NCBI GenBank assembly: GCA_963693365.1
Contig: CAVNZM010000011.1
Coordinates: 8,834,664-8,898,663 of the forward strand
Direction: 5' to 3'
DNA: 64,000 nt
Source of the DNA: Amoebidium appalachense
Taxonomy: Eukaryota > Protista > Ichthyosporea
Under the pieces are notes generated by a model. That model saw nothing but the letters and a program-made list of their open reading frames with translations, had not been told where the DNA came from and ran no database searches. Made by a program: the position numbers and the translations under genes. Each line of letters opens with the position of its first letter. Within the stretch, counting starts at the first letter, position 1. Below are positions 9,927 to 18,684 of the stretch, one piece after another.

Positions 9927-11114
9927 CTACTGCGCGTGCTCCTGGCTGGCTTTCTTGAACACGCTGATGACGAGGTCCCTTGTCAAGTCGTCTTCCATGT
10001 GCTCCCTCGCCATCTCCAGCATGGCCGCGGCAAAGGTCACAAAGTCCACACGGAACAGCTCGCGCTCAACGTTCTTGTGTTTAAGCGCGGTGTGCAGACA
10101 CTTCTCTGCAAGCGCCAGCTGCTCGGACGGCACGGGAAGCGCAAAGAGCAGGCGCTTGTTGGGCCCCACATGCCACGTACCGGCCTGCTTCATGCGGCCC
10201 TTCACGTCCTTCAGGCTCTGGCCGATCTTCAGACAGGGCGGGTCGCCATACTCGGACACAAACACGTAGATACCGGACTGCTGCTTGGTGCACACGTGGT
10301 TGGTGACCCGGCGCAGCTCATCACTGGCATCCTCGAATTCCGATGGAATTTGGTCCTGCTTGAGATTGTCTGTGGTCTGAAGTTCCAGAAGCCGACACTG
10401 CACCTCGAGTTTCAGGCGCTCCTCGCGAATCACACTTGCCCGCTTGTCACACAGAGCGCCTTCCTCGCGCATCATCATGATCTCCGTGTACTGAGCAGAT
10501 TCGGCGATGCGCGCCTCCTTGTACAGACTCAGTGCAGTTTCCATCTCGGCCTGGTTGGTCATGAATTGGGTGATGTCTCCGAGCTTCAGTCTCTTGGGCT
10601 CCCTCTCGGGGGTGCCGGCCGCACCCATTTCCCCCCTCACACTGTCGCGCATGAAAGCGTTGGGTCCTGACGGGTTGGCCGCTGCCGTGGCACTGTTGCG
10701 CTCAATGTCCTCCACGAGTGTTTCGTCTCCTCCTTCCAGGCGCGCTATATCTTGGGCCCACTTGTCAATGATCGCGGAACCATAGCGTGAGCCAGATGCA
10801 ATTTTTAGGGTTAGCCTACCCAGCGACTTAGCAGGCACACCAGGTGATGCCTTCCCTCCGACTTGAAATTGACAGTTGGTCACATTAAGAGAATCTTTGA
10901 GTTGAGGGTTTTTCTGCAAGAGACGGCGCAGATAGCAACCCGCTGCGTCTCTATCCAAACCGCGGACAAGCATGGTATAGTCCACCAAGCTTGCCATCTT
11001 CACACCGTCGACCTCACATACTCGAATGGCATAGTCGCCAATGCCAATACATTCGCCTTTTTCAGCGACAATCTCGTCTCCGGTCATTACGACTTCGTTG
11101 TGTTCAGTTTCCAT
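9927..11114 (-). CDS. Bro/KilA-like N-terminal domain plus T5orf172 (GIY-YIG-like) domain protein
   Basis: MASLVD...RLEGGDETLVEDIERN at the N-terminus; GIYVF...LKIGQS...RMKQ...AEKCLH...RELF at the C-terminus. Start reassigned to ATG 11114, just downstream of a TATA box. Confidence 0.8.
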   Translation of the reverse strand: METEHNEVVMTGDEIVAEKGECIGIGDYAIRVCEVDGVKMASLVDYTMLVRGLDRDAAGCYLRRLLQKNPQLKDSLNVTNCQFQVGGKASPGVPAKSLGRLTLKIASGSRYGSAIIDKWAQDIARLEGGDETLVEDIERNSATAAANPSGPNAFMRDSVRGEMGAAGTPEREPKRLKLGDITQFMTNQAEMETALSLYKEARIAESAQYTEIMMMREEGALCDKRASVIREERLKLEVQCRLLELQTTDNLKQDQIPSEFEDASDELRRVTNHVCTKQQSGIYVFVSEYGDPPCLKIGQSLKDVKGRMKQAGTWHVGPNKRLLFALPVPSEQLALAEKCLHTALKHKNVERELFRVDFVTFAAAMLEMAREHMEDDLTRDLVISVFKKASQEHAQ

Positions 11115-11152
11115 GGTTTGCGAGACTGAGGGGTTGGGTTGTGTGTTGGGCT

Positions 11153-11176
11153 CTTTTATACCTTCGGTCTCGGCAC
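11153..11176 (-). promoter_or_regulatory. Conserved promoter, copy 2
   Basis: GTGCCGAGACCGAAGGTATAAAAG about 40 bp upstream of ATG 11114. Confidence 0.65.
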
Positions 11177-11195
11177 CGGAACGAACTGATCTTTT

Positions 11196-11420
11196 CAGGG
11201 GAGGTGGGGGGTGGGAGGGGCTGGGGGTGGCTGGGGGTGCCTCGTCTGCCTCGCATGCCTCGCATGCCTCGCGCGCAGAACGGTGTGTGCGCCGTGTGCG
11301 CGTGTGCCCGTGTGCCTCGCACGCCTCGCGTGCCTCGCGGGGTGTGTTCGTGCTTCCTTTATTGTTCCTCGTGTGCCCCCCACAGCCACCCCCAGCCACC
11401 CAGGGCCCGGTGGGGGGGGG
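11196..11420. repeat. Intergenic foldback repeat, copy A
   Basis: 15-bp inverted ends GGCTGGGGGTGGCTG (11219-11233) and CAGCCACCCCCAGCC (11383-11397); TGCCTCGC units; minus-strand AATAAA at 11358-11363. Confidence 0.85.
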
Positions 11421-11457
11421 GATTCTCCTCGTTTGATTTGAGTGGTCGTGTCATTTT

Positions 11458-12435
11458 ATGCATATTATGGAAATGCATGGCGCAGACCTCGCATACACAA
11501 AAGTTGTTCAAAAGTACTCGCGTGCGGATGGTCAGAGGGACTTTGCGGGTCTTGTGCGCTGGACCCCACCACCCCTCCGAAAAGGATCACCAACTACGCA
11601 AAGCAGAGTCGGCCTGAAGGCGGCAGACGTCTACCTCGCCAAACACCGCTTCAGGGCTTCCCGTTACCACAAGGGGGGTACACCCCGTCCCAGTGTCTAT
11701 GACTGTTTGCGCACCAGGGAGGGTAGAGCAAGCCTGCTCAAGGCACAGGCCAGAAATCCAGGCCGTCACATCCAAAATGCAGCCTCCATAAACTTTGGCG
11801 TGCCTGGTCAGTTCAAGCCTGCTGTTGTCAAGCAGCTCTACTCCACCTACTGTCTCAAGGGACGCGTCCTCGACCCATGCATGGGGTGGGGCAACCGTCT
11901 GCTGGCAGCCCTGGCCAGCCCACACGTCACACACTACTACGGTGTCGACAGCAACGTCGACATGGCAGGTGCCTACCGGGATCTGCTGGCAGCATACAAC
12001 ACCGCAGGCAAGCGCGGGGCACAAGCGCTCCACGTGGATACAAAGTGGGCCCCGTTCGAGGCCGCGGCCGTGCACGGCAAGTTCGACTGCGCCTTCACGA
12101 GTCCACCATACTACAAAATAGAGTGCTACGCAAACATGCCAGCCTACTGCGACTACGAAGACTGGTGGGCCAGGTTCTACATCCCCATGCTTGAAAAGGT
12201 CGTGGCGCACATGGACGCGGATGGCTTTGTCCTCATCAACATACGCCAGAGCATCACCGAAAGGAGGATGTGCAGGCACATGGCAGGCCTGGGCTGGCCC
12301 CTGTACACCAAACACCGCATGCCCATAGCCGTCCGGCCCGGCTCAGGGGTTGCTGGTAGGCTGGACTACGAGCCCATCTACGTGTTCAGGAGAAAGGGTG
12401 CCGTGTCAACTCCAGGCCGCCACACGACCAAATAA
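11458..12435 (+). CDS. Amino (N4-C/N6-A) DNA methyltransferase
   Basis: Motif I VLDPCMGWG, then YYGVD, then motif IV FTSPPYY. Confidence 0.88.
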   Translation: MHIMEMHGADLAYTKVVQKYSRADGQRDFAGLVRWTPPPLRKGSPTTQSRVGLKAADVYLAKHRFRASRYHKGGTPRPSVYDCLRTREGRASLLKAQARNPGRHIQNAASINFGVPGQFKPAVVKQLYSTYCLKGRVLDPCMGWGNRLLAALASPHVTHYYGVDSNVDMAGAYRDLLAAYNTAGKRGAQALHVDTKWAPFEAAAVHGKFDCAFTSPPYYKIECYANMPAYCDYEDWWARFYIPMLEKVVAHMDADGFVLINIRQSITERRMCRHMAGLGWPLYTKHRMPIAVRPGSGVAGRLDYEPIYVFRRKGAVSTPGRHTTK

Positions 12436-12494
12436 AGTCGTGATCTCAAGAGAAAAGCCGCCCTGCGAGGCGCTGGCGCGGCTGGCGGGTACCT

Positions 12495-12625
12495 TGTGTG
12501 GTGTGTGCGTGTGCCCGTGTGCCTCGCCTGCCTCGCGCCGGGTGTGTTCGTGCTTCCTTTATTGTTCCTCGTGTGCCCCCCACAGCCCCCCACAGCCACC
12601 CCCAGCCACCCGCGCCCCGGGGAGG
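12495..12625. repeat. Intergenic repeat, copy B (right half only)
   Basis: 12541-12587 is identical to 11341-11387. Confidence 0.85.
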
Positions 12626-12635
12626 TGTCACGCCA

Positions 12636-13049
12636 TCAACGCCCGGACTTCCGAGCCTCTGGCGCAGCGGCGGGTGCCGTGTGCACGGGTGGGGGGGCAC
12701 TGTGGGGCCCAACTGGAAACAGCCCGTACAGGATGTCCTCCTCGCACGTCACCATGATCTCGTGCTTGTCCATGATCCTCATGGCGTGCGCGATGGTTTC
12801 GGCGGGCACGGGCGGGCCGTGGTTGAACAGGTGCACGCGCATCTCCTTGTCGGGGTGGAAGTGGTGGTTCGCCAGCACGTTCGCCATGGCGGTCTTCCAG
12901 TCGGCCAGCTGCTCGACCTGGACGATCTGGTGGTCCGTCAGCACGTCGATGCGCCCGACCTTGGTGAGCGTGTCCTCGACGCCTTCCAGCCGGTCGGCCA
13001 GCTCGTATACGACCATGTTCCGTGCGAACTCAAGCTCGGTGTCCGTCAT
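12636..13049 (-). CDS. PD-(D/E)xK nuclease paralog, probably catalytically inactive
   Basis: GRIDVLTD is retained, but IEVK is replaced by VQVE and GQ by AN. Confidence 0.7.
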   Translation of the reverse strand: MTDTELEFARNMVVYELADRLEGVEDTLTKVGRIDVLTDHQIVQVEQLADWKTAMANVLANHHFHPDKEMRVHLFNHGPPVPAETIAHAMRIMDKHEIMVTCEEDILYGLFPVGPHSAPPPVHTAPAAAPEARKSGR

Positions 13050-13154
13050 CACATACCGCACACATAAAATTCGCGTGCCGCCCCAACCGGGTTACCCATT
13101 GACAATCACACATCGCACTTTCGACCTTGTGTGTGCGCCCGACAATGTTGCGGC

Positions 13155-13470
13155 GCGTGGGGGGCTGGGGGGGGCTGGGCGGGGCTGGGGGTGGCTGGGG
13201 GCGCGGGTGCCTCGCGTGCCTCGCGTGCCTCGCGCGCAGAACAGTGTCTGTGGGCGCCCTGAGTGCTGTGTATGCCCGTGTGTGCGCGTGCGCGGGTGCC
13301 GCGCGCGCGGGTGGTTCCTTTATTGGTCCTTGTGTGCCCCCCACAGCCACCCCCAGCCACCCAGGGCCCCCGGGGGAGGGGTGCTCACCCCTCGCATGCC
13401 TCACATGCCTCGCATCCCTCGTGTGCCTCGTGTGCCTCGCGTGCCTCGCCCGCCTCGCGGGGTGGGGTGT
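13155..13470. repeat. Intergenic foldback repeat, copy C
   Basis: Same 15-bp inverted ends (13183-13197 and 13344-13358), TGCCTCGC arrays, minus-strand AATAAA at 13319-13324. Confidence 0.85.
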
Positions 13471-13502
13471 GTGTGCGTTTGTGTGTTTCTTCTCGGACAA
13501 CT

Positions 13503-14170
13503 CTAATTTGCCATGATCTTGCTATACACTATCTTGTGGGCACGGGTGTGTCTGCCAGGTTTCCCTATAGAGACACGCTCTCCTGCGGGAACAAACGACG
13601 ACCCGCCCAAAACCCGTGTCAGCACCGTTCCCAGTCTCTTGATCCCCACCTCGCAATCGTCCAACATATTTATATCAGCCCATTGTCGCATGCAACCGGC
13701 CATCCCCGATGTCGTAACCCAGGTCCCATTCTCGATACCAAAGCTGTGTGTTCCGCGTGCGCCTGTCGCTATGTCCTTTAGAAAGTGTATTTCGTTCGAC
13801 TCCTGTGCCCTCTCCGTTGGTTTTGTCCGGGTTGTGCAGATGTCCCCGTGACACCCCCAAATTAGCCGCAGAGTGTCGGGCTCCACCGTCACAAATACCC
13901 CAAGAGATTCTAAGGTCTCAACGGCAACCCTATAAACCTCGATGGATGCGTAACCAAACAGGTGCACACGAGCCTGTCGACCAGGGTAGAAGCGTTGGTA
14001 CGCCTGCACCTGTCCAAGCGCCGCCTTCCACTGCGCCACACGCTTGACCTCGATGACCTGCGTGTCCGTGAGTATGTCGATTCGGCCGGCTGGCGTGACC
14101 ACTTCGCACTTCCCCCCTCAATCCTGGCTAACCGATCTCTGACCGACGCTTCATCATACGATGCCATCAT
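13503..14170 (-). CDS. PD-(D/E)xK nuclease fused to a copy of the helicase C-terminal domain (1-nt frameshift near 14112-14117)
   Basis: MMASYDEASVRDRLARIEGG, then EVVTPAGRIDILTDTQVIEVK...WKAALGQ in the next frame. The last ~95 aa align with the C-terminus of 14617-16674. Confidence 0.8.
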
Positions 14171-14221
14171 AATAGGGTACCAAAAAAAACACGACTCATT
14201 TTTATATTATAAGCCAGTCCG

Positions 14222-14600
14222 GGTGTTATGAATCCGATATAACACCAATCACAACAAAACCACCGACACACCACCAACCTACCCAAGTTACCACCAACCT
14301 ACCAACAGTAATCGCGATTTCGATTAGTAGAATTAGACCCAAACGTCGATTTCACTTATAAATAGTAGGTTGGGTAGGTTCAGTGGGTTGTTTTGGGGTT
14401 GAGTCGAGCTGGGGCAAAAACAAACGAACACCAACGATGTGTGTTTGGGGGGACCCCTCCGAGAACCTACCCAACCTACCGAAGTTACCAAAACCCCCAA
14501 CAACCAATGAAATACGCCCGTTAAACCAAGAAACCAATCGGATGGCTTTGTTAAAACGTTTGCGCAAAACCCAAGCTACCACCAAGTGGCCGAAGTTACT
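14222..14600. other. Iteron-like spacer (candidate replication origin)
   Basis: Six AACCTAC copies; perfect 17-bp inverted repeat (14365-14381 and 14463-14479); CCACCAACCTACC direct repeat at 14271 and 14291; GGTGTTAT/ATAACACC hairpin at 14222-14246. Confidence 0.45.
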
Positions 14601-14616
14601 GAAAGGAAGCTGGCGA

Positions 14617-16674
14617 TCACTTATGCGAAAGTATCTTCGAGAACGAAACTCGATAAGCACGCGATGTCTTTGACACTGCCCCCACTGCCACCGATTCGCG
14701 TAGCGGCACATGCAGCGCCTCTCCAAACACCTGTGTCAGCGTCGATCCCAACCTCTTGATGCCCACCACCCGCCGACTGTCGAGCATGTTGGCGTCCGCC
14801 CACATTCGCATCCGTTCAGCCATGCCAGTGGCTGTTACCCAGCACCCATCCGCGATTCCGAAGTCTTGTGTTCCGTCAGCTCCTTGGGCGATGTCCCTCA
14901 GAAATTGTATTTCTAGCGGCAGACTCTTCTCCATGAGCTGTTGCTTGAGCTTAGTATGGGGGGGCGGCGGCATTGTCTTAGGGACATCGGGAAGGTCCAG
15001 GAAGAAGTGGAACAGAGCCTCCAGCACCTCCGGTTGCCGGTGAAATCTGACGAACTCGTCGAAGTACCGGAGCTGACCCACCCGAGAGCCGTTTGCCTCG
15101 AGACATATGAATCTCCGATCGGATAGCTCCACACGAACGGGCCAATCTTCGTTTGACAGAAAGACGTAGCGCTCGAAGTTTTTGGTGTAGATGCCATCCA
15201 CACCCTTCTTCTCCAAAAGGCTGTCTTCTTGTGTGATCAGACTTTTGATAAGGTTGTTGGCCTCGTGGCACCCACCAAAGACACACTCGTCGATAACAGC
15301 TAGTAGTTTGTGGTTGAGGTGGGAGTTGAACTTGCTGGATATGTGTTCCTTGTTCTTCACGTAAGCGTAGTATTCCGAGCCTACCAGCGCCTTGAGTACG
15401 TCGAAGAACACATTTTTCCCGGTTCCCTGGACTGACTTGACGAGTACCGCCGTCCCAGACTTGGTGTCGGGGTGCTGGAAAATCTGGGCAACCCACTTGA
15501 GAAGGTATTCAAATACCTCGGCGTTTCCATCGGCAAGCACCTCGAATGCGTGGCGTATGAACATCTCGATCCCGCCATATTCCCGTACACGGTACTTCTC
15601 GAGGAGCTCATCCGGCATGACCACAACCTTCTGGCCAGGATGGTAGGGGGTCATCGGGCATTCTGGGCCCATGTAACGGAATCCCTCAGTGTACTTGATG
15701 GGGAAGCCGCGAAAGAAGTTATATGTGAACAGGGCTCCTTGGCGGTACTTGGGGTTTATCTCTCCTGTCTTGGGATTGGGCGACGCGGGGTCGAAGACTG
15801 CTTGCCCATAACGAGGAACGTGGCGTCCCATAAGGAAATCAATGCCGGTGTACGTCCGCTTGATTTCACCACCCTCACCCTCCATCCACTCAACCACGAA
15901 ACCCTGCATGGTGCATTTCATGTCCTTCTCGGTCAACGTCTTGAGTGTGTACACGCCCTTGTCATGGCACCACACCTTCAAGAGGTAGAGGGATGTGCCG
16001 TTGATTTTTCCCACCCACTTCTGCAGGTACTCGACGAGCTCAGCTTCCTTCCAGGTGGTTGGTAGCAGGTCCGGCATGAACTCGTATCCACCCGGAGGGT
16101 CGGTCGACTCTTGCTCAAGAACGCGGATCACCTCCTCGATGAGAGTCTGCCGCTTCCGGTCCTTGTTTGCAACCACGGCGGGGGCGGCTGCTGTACTAGG
16201 TGCTGTGCCGAATGTGGTCGTATGGGGCCCCTGGGTCCAACGCGTCGCGGTCGTCCAGTCGAGAATCGGGTTCATTACTACCCTGTTGGCCAAAGGAAAT
16301 TTCTCCTTGGCCCATGACTTGAGCGCAGCTCTGTTAGGCCCGGGAGCTGGGTGGCGGGTGTTGCACTCGTAGTGTGCGGTCTTGTGGCGCTTGGACTGAC
16401 GGGTGGTTATTTCGGCATAAACCAGTCCAAACTGTCGCTTGAGGGAATTGTGGAGGTCGTTGTGATCGAAGGGCTCATTGTCCACCGTAACTTCCCGGGA
16501 CCCCTGTGGTGCAAAGACTGCGAGGTACCAGTCAGGACAGGCACTGCGGCGCGAGAGCCCTTGGTTTGCCTGCTTGGGTTGATCTGCACCCTCGCAGCAA
16601 ACCTCGTATTCGGTCTTCTCCGTATCCTTGCCGTCGCACCGGGCAGTGTTCATGTTTGAGCGAATGACATCCAT
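14617..16674 (-). CDS. Superfamily 3 helicase (D5/NrS-1 helicase-like)
   Basis: LLKWVAQIFQHP, Walker A QGTGKN, Walker B AVIDE, motif C FLSN, SDRRF arginine finger. Start reassigned to ATG 16674. Confidence 0.9.
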   Translation of the reverse strand: MDVIRSNMNTARCDGKDTEKTEYEVCCEGADQPKQANQGLSRRSACPDWYLAVFAPQGSREVTVDNEPFDHNDLHNSLKRQFGLVYAEITTRQSKRHKTAHYECNTRHPAPGPNRAALKSWAKEKFPLANRVVMNPILDWTTATRWTQGPHTTTFGTAPSTAAAPAVVANKDRKRQTLIEEVIRVLEQESTDPPGGYEFMPDLLPTTWKEAELVEYLQKWVGKINGTSLYLLKVWCHDKGVYTLKTLTEKDMKCTMQGFVVEWMEGEGGEIKRTYTGIDFLMGRHVPRYGQAVFDPASPNPKTGEINPKYRQGALFTYNFFRGFPIKYTEGFRYMGPECPMTPYHPGQKVVVMPDELLEKYRVREYGGIEMFIRHAFEVLADGNAEVFEYLLKWVAQIFQHPDTKSGTAVLVKSVQGTGKNVFFDVLKALVGSEYYAYVKNKEHISSKFNSHLNHKLLAVIDECVFGGCHEANNLIKSLITQEDSLLEKKGVDGIYTKNFERYVFLSNEDWPVRVELSDRRFICLEANGSRVGQLRYFDEFVRFHRQPEVLEALFHFFLDLPDVPKTMPPPPHTKLKQQLMEKSLPLEIQFLRDIAQGADGTQDFGIADGCWVTATGMAERMRMWADANMLDSRRVVGIKRLGSTLTQVFGEALHVPLRESVAVGAVSKTSRAYRVSFSKILSHK

Positions 16675-16726
16675 TGTGGTAGTGAAGGGGATAGATAATA
16701 TTTGACGGTCTGAGGTCTGGCAAGCG

Positions 16727-16750
16727 CTTTTATACCTTCGGGCTGGGCAC
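16727..16750 (-). promoter_or_regulatory. Conserved promoter, copy 3
   Basis: GTGCCCAGCCCGAAGGTATAAAAG about 55 bp upstream of helicase ATG 16674. Differs from copy 2 at two positions. Confidence 0.65.
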
Positions 16751-17185
16751 AAGACTGGGGTGTTCAGTCTCAACGTGCCTGTTCAGGGTTGTAGACCAGG
16801 CAAATGCAGCCTGGCACTGGTCGAAGGGGCATGTAAAACGCCCGCTTGCGCGCCGGGGCCGTCTCGGCAGCTGACACCCTTCATGAGCTGTTCGTCGGTG
16901 AACCCACAAACCCGCAGGATAGACGTAAGTGGCTGGACAGTCTGGGCATTGATAGGGTCGGCTGCCAGAGTGTGTGCGCTGGTGCAGTTTCATGTGGTCG
17001 CTGCGGGCAAAGCTTGCAAAGCAGCCGGGTTGTGGACAGGCATATGCGCCGGTGCTATTATTCTTGTGGGTATTTTCGTGTCTTTTTAGATTTGCCTTGA
17101 ATGTGAACATTGCTGAACACAGTGTGCAAGCGTGGCGCTTCGGGTTAGGGGGTGTCTCTATGGTTGGCGTGTATTGGAGGTCCAT
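16730..17185 (-). CDS. C2H2 zinc finger protein (4 fingers)
   Basis: CTLC..F..KANLKRH...H; CPQPGC..F.RSDHMKLHQRTHSGSRPYQCPDC; CPFDQC...H. Start at ATG 17185. Confidence 0.85.
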   Translation of the reverse strand: MDLQYTPTIETPPNPKRHACTLCSAMFTFKANLKRHENTHKNNSTGAYACPQPGCFASFARSDHMKLHQRTHSGSRPYQCPDCPATYVYPAGLWVHRRTAHEGCQLPRRPRRASGRFTCPFDQCQAAFAWSTTLNRHVETEHPSLVPSPKV

Positions 17186-17277
17186 TACTGCTAAGTGGCA
17201 AGAAAAGAAACATGATAACGCTTTATATAACCCCTGGTCTTCTTCGTCGGCCACTGATTTTTTTGTGACCTACAGTG

Positions 17278-17432
17278 ATGGCCACCTACAACGAGGCGTT
17301 TGTCAGCGACAAATTGGCACGGATTGAAGGTGGGAAACGCGAAGTGGTGACCCCCGCGGGCCGCATCGACCTGCTCACAGACACGGACATCATCGAGGTC
17401 AAGCGCGCACCGCAGTGGAAGGCCGCACTGCG
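17278..17432 (+). pseudogene. 3'-truncated PD-(D/E)xK nuclease paralog
   Basis: MATYNEAFVSDKLARIEGGKREVVTPAGRIDLLTDTDIIEVKRAPQWKAAL, then an abrupt switch into tandem repeats. Confidence 0.8.
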
Positions 17433-17439
17433 CTGCAGC

Positions 17440-17975
17440 GCAGAGTTGGCCAATGAACGGTCAAAGCTAGCGCGAAGTAGTGAATATTCAACGAAGCTAG
17501 CGCAGAGTTCACGTTGGCCAATAAACGGTCAAAGCAGCCCAGAGTTGGCCAATAAACGGTCAACCAAACACGAACCCTCGGTCAATATCCGGTCAACCCG
17601 AACTCGTGTTTGGCGCAAATCTAGTGAACCCAAAACGAACATCGCGCGAACCCCTGCCAATATCCGGTCAACCCGAGCTCGTGTTTGGCGCAAATCTAGT
17701 GAACCCAAAACGAACATCGCGCGAACCCCTGCCAATATCCGGTCAACCAACACGAACCCTCAGTCAATATCGTTCGATCCACGGAGCATCCATTTCAATA
17801 TTGGTCGAATCACGGAGACCACCTTTGAATAATGCTTGAATCGTATTCACCCGCTATTCAATCTGATTGGTCGAAACATTAAATCTGATTGTACGAAACC
17901 GGTTCAATCTGATTGGTCGAAACATTAAATCTGATTGCACGAAACCGGTTCAATCTGATTGGTCGAAACCGTTTA
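17440..17975. repeat. Tandem repeats (75-bp and 50-bp units, CCAAT/ATTGG-rich)
   Basis: 75-bp unit at 17583, 17658 and 17733; AATCTGATTGGTCGAAAC unit repeated over 17860-17970. Confidence 0.85.
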
Positions 17976-18158
17976 TTGACAGGAGTCCCAATTGTTGGGG
18001 ATGACCGGCTGGCTACCACCCCAGCACGTGCTTCTCCAGGAAGCGCACGAGGTACACCTTGACCGGGTGCAGGCAAAGACGTAAAAGATGAAAAATAAAT
18101 AGAGAAGCCACGGGCAAGAGGGTGGGAAGCCCCCCTCCCCAAAAAACAAAACAAAGAG

Positions 18159-18273
18159 CGCCCGGTGATAGCGCTCATGACACATCTCTCCAAGAACACA
18201 TGTGCAAGCGCACGGTGATTGCGCTCATGACCCTACACTCAAACAACACAGGTGCAAGCACACGCATTGCCCC

Positions 18274-18324
<51 letters not shown>

Positions 18325-18443
18325 AAAGCGCCCGGTGATAGCGCTCATGACACATCTCTCCAAGAACACATGTGCAAGCGCATGGTGATTGCGCTCATGA
18401 CCCTACACTCAAACAACACAGGTGCAAGCACACGCATTGCCCC

Positions 18444-18502
<59 letters not shown>

Positions 18503-18621
18503 AAAGCGCCCGGTGATAGCGCTCATGACACATCTCTCCAAGAACACATGTGCAAGCGCACGGTGATTGCGCTCATGACCCTACACTCAAACAACACAGG
18601 TGCAAGCACACGCATTGCCCC

Positions 18622-18684
<63 letters not shown>

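Larger units (their letters stand above)
1..17432. mobile_element. Endogenous dsDNA virus segment (Nucleocytoviricota/Polinton-like virus related); left end lies outside the window
   Basis: Tightly packed intronless ORFs, GC-rich, no microsatellites. Viral-type genes: A22-like RuvC, SF3 helicase, penton-like protein, Bro/KilA-like and T5orf172 proteins, DNA MTase, clan-CE-like proteases. Confidence 0.8.

Noticed and set aside
11115-11399. N-terminal extension of ORF 9927-11399 and similar ORFs over repeats B and C
   Set aside because: These are translations of the intergenic repeat and promoter; the TATA position supports ATG 11114.
14105-14125. Programmed ribosomal frameshift in the nuclease-wHTH gene
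   Set aside because: The break is in a G6 run that needs G7 and lacks a canonical X XXY YYZ slippery site. A homopolymer error is more likely, as with the C9 run at ~24430.
17433-17832. C-terminal part of ORF 17275-17832 as a real protein domain
   Set aside because: It is read-through into 75-bp tandem repeats after the truncation point.
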